Below, one piece after another: positions 1-8,713 of a DNA stretch of 64,000 nt. The translations under genes and the position numbers were made by a program. This DNA is from a virus. Every line of letters starts with the position of its first letter. The stretch's first letter is position 1. The stretch spans positions 1 to 64,000 of the IMG/VR virus record IMGVR_UViG_3300007960_000014; one strand, given 5' to 3'. The notes beneath the pieces are model-generated. The model was not told the origin of the DNA and made no database searches. It saw only the letters and a program-made list of their open reading frames with translations.

Positions 1-63
1 GTCAGGAGCTAAGCCGTGTTCTAATACATTTTGTCTAGCTATTCGTCTTGGTACTCTGGGCAT
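1..63 (-). CDS. 5' part of a hypothetical protein running off the window edge (MPRVPRRIARQNVLEHGLAPD...)
   Basis: ATG at 63 lies just after the epimerase stop and is preceded by GGAGG; the frame stays open to position 1. Confidence 0.55.
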   Translation of the reverse strand, partial: MPRVPRRIARQNVLEHGLAPD

Positions 64-64
64 A

Positions 65-1060
65 TTATTTAACCTCCACATTATTTACTTGTTCACTAAT
101 CCAAGCGTAAGTTTTTTTAATGCCTTCAATTAGAGGTTGACTTGGTTCCCACCCCAAACACTTCTTAATCAGCCTGTTATCTGAGTTCCTACCGCGAACA
201 CCTTCAGGTCCAGGAACATTATCTATTTCTATATCCTTCCCTGATAGATTGATAATCATATTAGCTAGATTGTTAATACTAATCATTTCTTCAGACCCGA
301 CGTTAATTATCTCTGTGCAATCAGAGTCCATCAACCTTCTCACAGCCTCTACACACTCATCTATGTAAAGGAAGGAGCGCGTCTGGTCTCCCTTACCCCA
401 AACTTCAATAAACCCATCTTCAATCTCAGCTACCTTTCTACACAGGGCGGCTGGAGCCTTTTCTTTACCTCCTTGCCAAGTTCCTAAGGGACCGAAGACA
501 TTGTGAAATCTAGCGATTCTCACATCAAGCCCTTTGTTCCTAGCAAAGGACTTATAAATTCTCTCAGAGAAAAGTTTCTCCCACCCATACTCAGAGTCGG
601 GGTCTGCTGGGTATGCAGAGTCTTCAGAACAAAGTGGGTTATCAGGGTCTACCTGATTCCTTTCCGGATAAATACACGCGGACGAAGAGTAGAATATTTT
701 AGGAGGGTGTTTGAATAAGGAGGCGCAGTGGGCTACATTCAAGTTAATTGCGGCTGAGTTGTGCATTACATCGGCATCATTCTCTCCCGTAAAAATGTAC
801 CCGGCACCTCCCATGTCGGCAGCAAGTTGATATAGTTCATCAAAACCTTTTCCAAAGGATTGGTCTAGCTGCATAACAGTCTGTACCTTTTTAGGGTCTC
901 TTAGGTCTGCAATCACGAACTCGTCAGCCTCGGTATCTCCGAACTCTGGTTTCTTTAGGTCCACTCCTCGCACCCAATAACCTTCTCGCTTTAGACGAGA
1001 TACAAGGTGGTTGCCGATAAAGCCACCCGCCCCAAAAACTAATGCTGTTTTATTTTTCAT
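65..1060 (-). CDS. GDP-mannose 3,5-epimerase-like NAD-dependent epimerase/dehydratase
   Basis: GAGGFIG Rossmann motif plus QLAADMGG, SSSACIYP, YGWEK (YxxxK), RFHNVFGP and GGKEKAPAALCRK, all typical of GME; start placed at ATG 1060. Confidence 0.88.
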   Translation of the reverse strand: MKNKTALVFGAGGFIGNHLVSRLKREGYWVRGVDLKKPEFGDTEADEFVIADLRDPKKVQTVMQLDQSFGKGFDELYQLAADMGGAGYIFTGENDADVMHNSAAINLNVAHCASLFKHPPKIFYSSSACIYPERNQVDPDNPLCSEDSAYPADPDSEYGWEKLFSERIYKSFARNKGLDVRIARFHNVFGPLGTWQGGKEKAPAALCRKVAEIEDGFIEVWGKGDQTRSFLYIDECVEAVRRLMDSDCTEIINVGSEEMISINNLANMIINLSGKDIEIDNVPGPEGVRGRNSDNRLIKKCLGWEPSQPLIEGIKKTYAWISEQVNNVEVK

Positions 1061-1610
1061 AAATATACCAATCCTCAAAAGGCTTTCCTGGTTGAAACTC
1101 TACATCTTCTTTGTATAATGTATACCCTTGGGAAGCCATAAACTCTTTGGCTTCGTTTTTTACCCTCTCCACATGAGGAGTTTCTGTTGAGTTGGGATGG
1201 TCTTTTAAATACAGATTATGTTCAAAAGTTATTGCATTAAAAATATAATCATCAAAAGGCAAACTCTTCAACACATCTATATTCCCCGTTGTAGGGTCAA
1301 TATCAATACTAACGTACTGAATTATCTTAGGCAGGTTGTGCTTTTCAAATAATTTTTTGTAATCAATAGTTGTTGCGTCTGATACAATAAAAGTACTATC
1401 CGGTCTATGGGCATCCCAACCACTTTTGTACCCACTAAACATATCAATTCCTATACCTGTCCACCCAAAGTCCTTCTCTAAAAGCAATGTATTATTTTTT
1501 CTTTGGTAATCAGAACAGCCTATATCCACAAACACACCACCTGACATGTGCTTGTTTATTTGCAGGGCAAAAAAATCTTGCCCTGCGTCGGAGTTAGAGT
1601 TACTGTGCAT
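1050..1610 (-). CDS. FkbM-like SAM-dependent methyltransferase
   Basis: SDAGQD, FVDIGC, NNTLLLEKDFGWTGIGID, DAT, YVSIDID, ITFEHN and a C-terminal FEDWY follow the FkbM/Methyltransf_21 pattern. Confidence 0.75.
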   Translation of the reverse strand: MHSNSNSDAGQDFFALQINKHMSGGVFVDIGCSDYQRKNNTLLLEKDFGWTGIGIDMFSGYKSGWDAHRPDSTFIVSDATTIDYKKLFEKHNLPKIIQYVSIDIDPTTGNIDVLKSLPFDDYIFNAITFEHNLYLKDHPNSTETPHVERVKNEAKEFMASQGYTLYKEDVEFQPGKPFEDWYIYEK

Positions 1611-1613
1611 TTG

Positions 1614-2210
1614 TTAGTCCTGGTCTTTTGGTGTTAGTATTAAAAACCCTTGGTGCCTATAGTCTCTTTTCATATCATGAGACTCCCCGTAGCTTTCAGT
1701 AACAAACTCAATACCAAGTTCCCCGTACTTATCTTTGAAGGGTTGATTCAGCAGCTCAAAAGGACCATCCTCATAGATTTGTAAATCATCAATGATGAAT
1801 ACATCTTTGGCGTTAGGTCGAGCTTCTTTAATCAGTAGCACTTCATTCTTCAAAGGTTTGTGTAGTTTAGGTTCATCTTTTAGATGGTCATAATCATTAA
1901 ACTGAAAGTCTGCGCCAGGGAAGTGAGCATCCAACCAAAAGAAGACGCTCTCTTCATCTTTAACCTTTTCTAAAATACCTTCCAACCCATCAAGAGAGTT
2001 GTTATTGATAAACTCCACACGAGGGTCTTTGATTTCTTTTTTACAATGCTTCCACAACTCCTCCATTATCTCAATCGTGTATAGCTTTTCAAAAGGATAC
2101 CTTAGAGCATGTTGCACTCCGGTTCCTACCCCCGTGCCTGTTTCAACAAAGACGTTACACCCATACTTGTCCATGTACGGTTTTAAATCATGTAGGTAAA
2201 GTTCCCCCAT
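1614..2210 (-). CDS. Class I SAM-dependent methyltransferase-like protein
   Basis: FVETGTGVG, TIEI, NNSLDGL, FWLDAH, IIDD motifs; start moved to ATG 2210 (TAATG overlap with the upstream stop). Confidence 0.65.
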   Translation of the reverse strand: MGELYLHDLKPYMDKYGCNVFVETGTGVGTGVQHALRYPFEKLYTIEIMEELWKHCKKEIKDPRVEFINNNSLDGLEGILEKVKDEESVFFWLDAHFPGADFQFNDYDHLKDEPKLHKPLKNEVLLIKEARPNAKDVFIIDDLQIYEDGPFELLNQPFKDKYGELGIEFVTESYGESHDMKRDYRHQGFLILTPKDQD

Positions 2211-3184
2211 TACAGCTTTTCCAACCAGTAGTCTAGTAAGTCTTGCATAGTCTGGTCGATAGAATATGTGGGTTCCCATCCGGTTAATTCTTTTAGTTCT
2301 GTAGAATCGCCGTGCTGGTAATCGATATCAATAGGTCTGTAGAACTTAGGGTTTATCCATTTTTCAACGCCTTCTAATTTACTTAATTCTATTAGTTTAT
2401 CCGTGTAGAATCCCATCTCTCGGGGGGTATCTCCACAGACGTTAAAAATCTTACCTAGGCAGTCGTCGTTCATCATTGCCAAGTAGTAAGCGTTCACACA
2501 ATCCCTCACATCAATAACAACCCGAACAGTTTCTAAGTTTCCTACAGATAAAGTTTTATCTTGGTACCCTTTCATCATTCTAGCAATTTGGTGAGCATCG
2601 CAGGAGATAGAAAAATTCTTACCTCTTCTTGGACCTGTATGAGAGAATGCTCTAGTTATGAAACCTTTTAATTTACCATTAATCATGCGCTCTTGCATGT
2701 AAAGGTCGATAGCTGCTTTGGAAGCTCCATATGGGTTAGCCGGGAGCAAGGTATTATCAATTTTAATTTTTCTACCGTCTCTCCCTTCGTTTCCATAAAC
2801 TTCAGAAGTGGAGCAGAACATTAACTTACAATCAGGTTGGTTGTCCTCAATCGCCTTAATTAGATTTACTGTACCCATTACATTAGATTCAAAGGTTCCA
2901 ATAGGGTCTGTAAAACTTGTTGGAGGGTGAGATTGAGCTCCTAGATGAAAAACTCCATCAAACTTATGCTCTTTAAATAGTTTATCTAATGTACCGAAGT
3001 TGCATAAATCTGAATATAGAAAATTAATGTCCGAATATACTTCATCAGGGACAACATCTAAAATGTCCGCCTCCCTACCATTAGAACACCGAACGAGTCC
3101 AAAAATCTCATGACCTTCTTTGTGAAGGAGGTTGGCAAGGTGGGGTCCTGCGAACCCGGTAATACCTGTAATTAAAAATTTCAT
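2210..3184 (-). CDS. gmd: GDP-mannose 4,6-dehydratase
   Basis: ITGITGFAG, HLGAQSH, STSEVYG (catalytic Thr/Glu), PYGASK, HTGPRRG; the related Rmd reductase cannot be fully excluded. Confidence 0.78.
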   Translation of the reverse strand: MKFLITGITGFAGPHLANLLHKEGHEIFGLVRCSNGREADILDVVPDEVYSDINFLYSDLCNFGTLDKLFKEHKFDGVFHLGAQSHPPTSFTDPIGTFESNVMGTVNLIKAIEDNQPDCKLMFCSTSEVYGNEGRDGRKIKIDNTLLPANPYGASKAAIDLYMQERMINGKLKGFITRAFSHTGPRRGKNFSISCDAHQIARMMKGYQDKTLSVGNLETVRVVIDVRDCVNAYYLAMMNDDCLGKIFNVCGDTPREMGFYTDKLIELSKLEGVEKWINPKFYRPIDIDYQHGDSTELKELTGWEPTYSIDQTMQDLLDYWLEKL

Positions 3185-3187
3185 ACT

Positions 3188-3196
3188 TTATTATAG
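3188..3196 (-). promoter_or_regulatory. Putative -10-type promoter element CTATAATAA close to the gmd start (likely leaderless)
   Basis: Minus strand reads CTATAATAAAGT-ATG; the same motif recurs at 21192-21200 and 62418-62426. Confidence 0.4.
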
Positions 3197-3209
3197 TTTT
3201 ATTATTTTC

Positions 3210-3929
3210 TTAAAAGTGAGATAAATCCCAATTTTTTGCTTGCGTATAAGGGCGGTTATCTGTTATGCTACTTCTTTTAAGTAGGAATTTATCTTGAGGG
3301 AAATGGTCTATTGCTCCATCTATAAAACATTGAACAGAACTCTCTACACAATAAATTGCTTTAGCCTCTTTTATTACCTTATACCAATCAACAATATCGT
3401 AACCTTCAATTTCGGTTACATGAATTACGTCCCGTTTTTCCGAGTCTGGGATATTCGTAAAGTCGTTATGAGAACTTTGAGTAGCAGCGACAACGTATTC
3501 TCTACCTTGTAAATTACGTGTAACAGCTTCGTAAAGAGCATCTTCTTTTTCCTTGTCTCTGCTCCAAGTGAGTTTGTTTTTTTGTTCGATAGGAACTTCC
3601 GCTACTCTATACTTACACACTTCAAAGGTCTCCCACGGGTATTGAGCGGTGGGATGTGGACCTCTATCAGCCACGTTTATAACTTTATCATAGTCATGCA
3701 CCATAGGCAAAATCTTCAGCACATCTGACCTCAGCCAATCTGGGGCTATAACATCCTCCGATAAAATGATGGGGGTTACATAATCAAAGCGTTTGAGCGT
3801 GGACTCAAACTTTTTTTGAACCGCCCAAAAAATTTCATAACCTTGCTTTGCGTACCACTCAGCGATAGGCGCACACACAAATAGGTCTCCGAATGCTCCA
3901 GGTTGGATTAGCAGTGCTGTTGGTTTCAT
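3210..3929 (-). CDS. Putative GT-B (GT9-like) glycosyltransferase
   Basis: N-terminal IQPGAFGDLFVCAPI (xGD loop) and C-terminal DWYKVIKEAKAIYCVESS; glycan-cluster context. Confidence 0.55.
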   Translation of the reverse strand: MKPTALLIQPGAFGDLFVCAPIAEWYAKQGYEIFWAVQKKFESTLKRFDYVTPIILSEDVIAPDWLRSDVLKILPMVHDYDKVINVADRGPHPTAQYPWETFEVCKYRVAEVPIEQKNKLTWSRDKEKEDALYEAVTRNLQGREYVVAATQSSHNDFTNIPDSEKRDVIHVTEIEGYDIVDWYKVIKEAKAIYCVESSVQCFIDGAIDHFPQDKFLLKRSSITDNRPYTQAKNWDLSHF

Positions 3930-4615
3930 ACTACTATTATATTTCTAGAGGCAAATTCCTTAACTCTATTTGGCTTTATCCCATTAACTTTGTTAACTGT
4001 AGTCTCGTGGAGATAGCAAGGCATGTCTGTGGTCTCCATCAAAGCAAAGAAAGAACTGTACATAACGTGCCGTTCTTTAGCCTCCTCTAGTATTTTATAA
4101 AAATCAAAAAGAAGGTATTCGGGGTAATCATGGCTTCGTATAATCTGACCATCATACTCCACATCAATGTTATACCCCCTTGACGGGTCATCATGAACGA
4201 AAATAAAATTATCTTCTTTAACAATCTTATCGTAAACTTCCTTCTCCCTGTCATGGTCTCGCTGAACATGGAACGCCTCTTTCCTAAATTTAGGGTCTAT
4301 ACCAAAGCTAGAGTACCAACCGTCCTCAAAGAATCTTCCTTCTTCATCACTCTCCATCTCGGGTTTGAACATGTGATTTAGTTTAGGTCCTTGCCATTGG
4401 TGAAAAATAGAAGCTGCTTCGTGGTCACCCCGGCAAGAAATAATATTTATATTTTCTACATCTCGGAACAAAAACTTGACGTTATCCACATACCACTCTT
4501 TGGTTATGACAGACATAGTTTTGGACTGCTGTGCAATCAACCTCACTAAAGGAGACAGCGTAATATGGTCTCCTAAGCCTAAGTGATGGTATATTAAAAA
4601 ATCACCGTCTATCAT
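3926..4615 (-). CDS. Putative GT-B (GT9-like) glycosyltransferase, paralog of 3210-3929
   Basis: YHHLGLGDHITLSPL and DFYKILEEAKERHVMYSS. Confidence 0.55.
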   Translation of the reverse strand: MIDGDFLIYHHLGLGDHITLSPLVRLIAQQSKTMSVITKEWYVDNVKFLFRDVENINIISCRGDHEAASIFHQWQGPKLNHMFKPEMESDEEGRFFEDGWYSSFGIDPKFRKEAFHVQRDHDREKEVYDKIVKEDNFIFVHDDPSRGYNIDVEYDGQIIRSHDYPEYLLFDFYKILEEAKERHVMYSSFFALMETTDMPCYLHETTVNKVNGIKPNRVKEFASRNIIVV

Positions 4616-5483
4616 TTAAGTATTCCTGTAAGCATGTTTTCCACGGACGCATGATGTTCTTGCCCATAACGTTTAATCTGTTATTTACTAAAGCTTCGCA
4701 TGTAGGTCTAGGAGCGAAGTAATCTGCTGAGAAGAACTCGGAGTCTACTGGAACAACATCAACGTCCAAATCCAAGTGGTTTAGTATCTCGACAGCTACA
4801 TCAAATCTACTCACATGACCCTCACACACCATATTGTAAAGACCATACGATAGACGTTCGGTAAAGACAGCGTTATACAAACACTCGGAAAAATCTTTAG
4901 TGTAAGTAGGAGTTCCTTCTTTATCCTCTACTGCATAAATTGTAGATGCTCCAGCGTCTAGCTGTTTTAGGATTTTGCCAACGAACTTCTTGTCTTTCTT
5001 TCCTCCGCCCATCATCCATCCTGCGCGGAACACATAGGATTTGTGATAATTATGCAAGACGTGGCGTTCTCCGTCATACTTAGTTTTTCCGTAAACGCTA
5101 GTAGGTTCCGGCTTATCTTGCTCAGTGTAGTGGTCTTTGTCGCCTTTAAATATTCCCGCTGTGGAGATATAAACGTAAGGAATATCCAGCTCTTTTGCAA
5201 TCTCCATGAGGTTTTTTGCGCCAACATAATTGGTCATCAAAGCGTCCTTTGGATGCCCCTCACAATACTCTAAATCAGTTAGGGCAGCTAAGTTAATAAT
5301 TAAATCAGGTTTAAAAGGAACAATGTCCTCGCGCATCTGCACTTTATTCCGAACGTCCGCGTAATGCAACCATTCTTCGTTAAGGTCTATATCGGAAGCC
5401 TTAACTATATGTGTGCCAGAAAAAGCTTTGCACATGTCCGTACCCAGCATTCCCCCAGCTCCTGCAATATAAACTTTATTCAT
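4602..5483 (-). CDS. rfbD: NDP-4-keto-6-deoxyhexose reductase (dTDP-4-dehydrorhamnose reductase family)
   Basis: GAGGMLG, INLAALTD..CE, YIST, P.SVYGKTKYDGE, GTPTY..D, APRP. Confidence 0.85.
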   Translation of the reverse strand: MNKVYIAGAGGMLGTDMCKAFSGTHIVKASDIDLNEEWLHYADVRNKVQMREDIVPFKPDLIINLAALTDLEYCEGHPKDALMTNYVGAKNLMEIAKELDIPYVYISTAGIFKGDKDHYTEQDKPEPTSVYGKTKYDGERHVLHNYHKSYVFRAGWMMGGGKKDKKFVGKILKQLDAGASTIYAVEDKEGTPTYTKDFSECLYNAVFTERLSYGLYNMVCEGHVSRFDVAVEILNHLDLDVDVVPVDSEFFSADYFAPRPTCEALVNNRLNVMGKNIMRPWKTCLQEYLNDRR

Positions 5484-5698
5484 TTTGATTCACATAAGTG
5501 GTTAAAGGTTTCGTCTATTTGTATAAGGAGTTTTTGGCGCTTCTCTTGTAGTTTTTCACAAATCTCACCACCCTTTCTCCTTTCCGCAAACGACAGAGAA
5601 GAATCATTAGCGATGTAATGATTCTTCATCCAAGAACCCCATACATGAATAAGTTCTTCGATTAAATTATTAAAGTTGTTACTTTTTAGATTTGGCAT
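5480..5698 (-). CDS. Small helical hypothetical protein (possible paralog of 5679-5933)
   Basis: Overlaps both neighbours; LIEEL...R.KLLIQID helical pattern. Confidence 0.55.
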   Translation of the reverse strand: MPNLKSNNFNNLIEELIHVWGSWMKNHYIANDSSLSFAERRKGGEICEKLQEKRQKLLIQIDETFNHLCESK

Positions 5699-5933
5699 AA
5701 GTTTTCACGTTTCTTAGTGCTTGGTTTTTTTCTTCTCCACTTAGAACTTTATCAACTTTAGTATTTAAAAAATCCATAAGAGTTCCTCTGTTTTCGTTGA
5801 GGATATTCATTTTGTTCTCACATTCAACATACTCTTCATCAGTTATGTCTTCTTTGTGAATCTGTTCCCGCAATGAAAATATCTTCATATTCTCAATGAT
5901 TAGTTTATCTATTAACTCAGCAATACTAAGCAT
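5679..5933 (-). CDS. Small helical protein, DUF4254/DUF6165-like, of a type seen in glycan loci
   Basis: SIAELIDKLIIENMKI...LNENR; start moved to ATG 5933. Confidence 0.55.
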   Translation of the reverse strand: MLSIAELIDKLIIENMKIFSLREQIHKEDITDEEYVECENKMNILNENRGTLMDFLNTKVDKVLSGEEKNQALRNVKTYAKSKK

Positions 5934-6582
5934 TTCCTTCCTCCCAAGTCTTAATGTGGGGTTCATAGACACCACCTAGAAGGTGGGAGCCGGGGAATTC
6001 TCTAACTTCTCCTGAATTAAAATTAAAATCAAGACCATGAACCAAGCAATTGCCTCTGGCGTAGGGTAGGTACATGTACGCGCCTAGGAACCTCTGGTCT
6101 CGATACTTATCATGCTCGTCAGCTGAAAGTTCAAAGTGGCGAATAGATTCTCCCATGTTGAAAGGTAGTTCCTTAGGTTTTGCCCCCCAAAGACCTCCCA
6201 TCACAAAAAAATTGTGAACAGGAACACAGCGCATTATATGGTAAGGATAATCAGTCTTCATCCACTCGTCTACCGCTGCCTTGTCATGTTTATTTAATCT
6301 ATCATCAAGGTCTCTAACTATAAATCTGTCTACGGTCTTATCATCTGCGATACAATATCTCCAAAACATACCATACTTGATATTCATGGATTCTACAGAG
6401 ACAGTCTCCACTAGAGGGTGTTCGCTTAGAGCTTTTAGAGATTCAGCAGGGACAGTATGGTCGTGGTAAATCCTGATGCTCCACCCCGGAAAATGTTCTT
6501 CCACCAAATCAACGTTTCTAAACGCGCCTTCTAAATAAAGGGGATTATCTCCCCACAAACTATAAGCTATTATATTTTTCAT
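5926..6582 (-). CDS. Putative GT-A fold glycosyltransferase-like protein
   Basis: IAYSLWGDNPLY, GMFWRY, VRDLDDR (DxD), H.MR, MGGLWG, DQRFL; start at ATG 6582 (ATGA overlap). Confidence 0.6.
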   Translation of the reverse strand: MKNIIAYSLWGDNPLYLEGAFRNVDLVEEHFPGWSIRIYHDHTVPAESLKALSEHPLVETVSVESMNIKYGMFWRYCIADDKTVDRFIVRDLDDRLNKHDKAAVDEWMKTDYPYHIMRCVPVHNFFVMGGLWGAKPKELPFNMGESIRHFELSADEHDKYRDQRFLGAYMYLPYARGNCLVHGLDFNFNSGEVREFPGSHLLGGVYEPHIKTWEEGNA

Positions 6583-7391
6583 TTGTCTTGCCACGCAAAA
6601 TAAGTTTCGTAAATGTAATCTTCTGGAATCTCATACTTTTGTATTAGTTCCATGTTTTCCTTAACGGCATCTAACTTTGATTCATACAGTTCTTCCGTTA
6701 ATGAAGATAGGTCTAGGTTATGGTCTAACATGATAATGCCATCTGTGTTAAAATAATCCCCAATGTTAGGACAACCATAATACACAGGTATTGTTCCTGT
6801 CGCAAAACAATCACCTATCTTTTCTGTAAAGTAGTTTGGCATTGCACAATTTTCTATAGCGACTGAGAATCTATAATCTCTCAGAGCTTCTTCCTTTTTT
6901 TCGATAGGATTAAAACCTCTACCAAAAAAATCAAGCTTATTTTTAAATTTCTCTACCCATGCTAGTCTATAAAGATGACCAAGAACCATGGCTTTGTTAG
7001 ACGATACCATAGAAACGTTTTTAGTTTTTTCAAACATTTGGGGTTCTTCAATCCAATGGGTACCGACAGGAGCGAGCTTGAACCTTGGGTCTAGCTTAAG
7101 TAATGCTTCACTATGAGTAAAAATACAATCATACTTGTCTAGGACACTCGGTGCGTGAGCATATACTTGGGGGATAATAGCTTCCGATTCTAAAAGCCAA
7201 CCATATCTATTTTCCTTTTGTACATAGTCGGGTCCAGGTTGAAACAATCCCTCGTCTACGTGGAAGCTGGTGGGAGCTGTGCCATTACGTAACCATTCTA
7301 TATGATAAGAGTCTTTGCCGTGGGTAGCACATGGGTCTCCCGCAAAGGTGTCCCCAATTATATTCCATCTATTTTTGTTGTACTCGTTCAT
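6579..7391 (-). CDS. GT10 (alpha-1,3-fucosyltransferase-like) glycosyltransferase
   Basis: Signature YRFSVAIEN....YFTEKIGDCFATGTIPVYYG. Confidence 0.8.
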   Translation of the reverse strand: MNEYNKNRWNIIGDTFAGDPCATHGKDSYHIEWLRNGTAPTSFHVDEGLFQPGPDYVQKENRYGWLLESEAIIPQVYAHAPSVLDKYDCIFTHSEALLKLDPRFKLAPVGTHWIEEPQMFEKTKNVSMVSSNKAMVLGHLYRLAWVEKFKNKLDFFGRGFNPIEKKEEALRDYRFSVAIENCAMPNYFTEKIGDCFATGTIPVYYGCPNIGDYFNTDGIIMLDHNLDLSSLTEELYESKLDAVKENMELIQKYEIPEDYIYETYFAWQDK

Positions 7392-8121
7392 AAGGTTTCC
7401 TCATTGCGATTTCTCTACCGCATCTAACTTGGTCAGCTAGGTGTATCTTAAAATCATTGTTTGGAGTTTGTAAATTGTATATCATTAATTCATCTTCTAT
7501 GTACTCAATCCTGTCTTTTCCCGCCATTTCTAACATAGGAGTAAAGATAGCAACATCAGCACATGTAGAAAACAATTTACCGTTTGAGTCTAGGAAATCT
7601 CCCATCTTAATTTTATCCCACATCCATCGGTAGAAGGTTCTAACCTGTGAGAAACACCAGCCTCTAACTATCCACTCTCGGAAGTTATCACCGGTCTCGC
7701 TTAGAGGTTTACATACTGAGGGAGTTTTTCCATCAGAACACTTGTAGTTACCATAAGTCGCTAGGCACTTTGTTTCCTTGTACCTATCCGAAATCGTCTG
7801 CAATACGTTCTCGTGTGCGAACCAATCATCCCCATCCAAGTGAACTATAATATCGTTCGGCTTAGATAGTGAGTTTTCTACCCCCTGAATATGGCTATGC
7901 AGAGTTCCACATTTGTTTGGCACATGACCTAAAATATAACGGTCATCATCCCCTACTGCTTCAATAGCATTTTTAAATGTATCGTCCGTAGATGCATCAT
8001 CAATAATTACGTGCATAAAATTTTTATAAGTCTGCTTTTTAGTAGACTCGATACATTTACCAATCCATTCCTCTGCATTATGCACAGGGCTGATAACAAA
8101 AAGTTTACTTTCCTCTTCCAT
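7369..8121 (-). CDS. GT2 glycosyltransferase
   Basis: VISPVHNAEEWIGKCIES, IDDASTD, HLDGDDW. Confidence 0.88.
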   Translation of the reverse strand: MEEESKLFVISPVHNAEEWIGKCIESTKKQTYKNFMHVIIDDASTDDTFKNAIEAVGDDDRYILGHVPNKCGTLHSHIQGVENSLSKPNDIIVHLDGDDWFAHENVLQTISDRYKETKCLATYGNYKCSDGKTPSVCKPLSETGDNFREWIVRGWCFSQVRTFYRWMWDKIKMGDFLDSNGKLFSTCADVAIFTPMLEMAGKDRIEYIEDELMIYNLQTPNNDFKIHLADQVRCGREIAMRKPYERVQQK

Positions 8122-8713
8122 TTGTTCCCTCCAATTCAGGTCTAACTAAGTACGTTACCTTGCCCAGCCAATCCACGCTAAATCCTTTTGTATGGCATAA
8201 TAACACATGGAAGAAATCAGCATAGTCTTGTACATGGGGAGGTACTTCCGTGGAAAATGGGTTCTTTGTTAAGACATCAACCTTATAGATAGGAACAGCT
8301 ACGTTACCCATAACAACTCCTTTACTTTTATCCAGGCACATTTCCATTCCGTTGTTAAACAACAATCCTTGTACCCAAATATCTACGGAAGAGTCTCTGC
8401 TGATAGCATTTCTAATGATATCTCCTGCTCCTGGAGCAAGCTCATCATCGTCATCAACAAAAACCACATACTCTGTTTCAGTTAAGGCAACTCCAACATT
8501 AGCAGCTACCGCTCCGTAACAACCCCAGTTCTTTTTTAATTCAATGGCAGCATCCGCACCACCAACAATTAACTCACCAGTCTCTTGGTCATACAGAGGG
8601 TGTCCGTCAGAGACAACGACGACAGGAAAGCCCTCACGCTCCGCACTGTCTATAGCTTTCTGTAACGTAGGTCTTCCTATTGTTTTAACTATTGCTGTTA
8701 CTTTGCTCTGCAT
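8105..8713 (-). CDS. GT2 (GT-A) glycosyltransferase
   Basis: TIGRPTLQKAIDS, VVVVSDG, N.G, FVDDDD. Confidence 0.75.
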   Translation of the reverse strand: MQSKVTAIVKTIGRPTLQKAIDSAEREGFPVVVVSDGHPLYDQETGELIVGGADAAIELKKNWGCYGAVAANVGVALTETEYVVFVDDDDELAPGAGDIIRNAISRDSSVDIWVQGLLFNNGMEMCLDKSKGVVMGNVAVPIYKVDVLTKNPFSTEVPPHVQDYADFFHVLLCHTKGFSVDWLGKVTYLVRPELEGTNGRGK

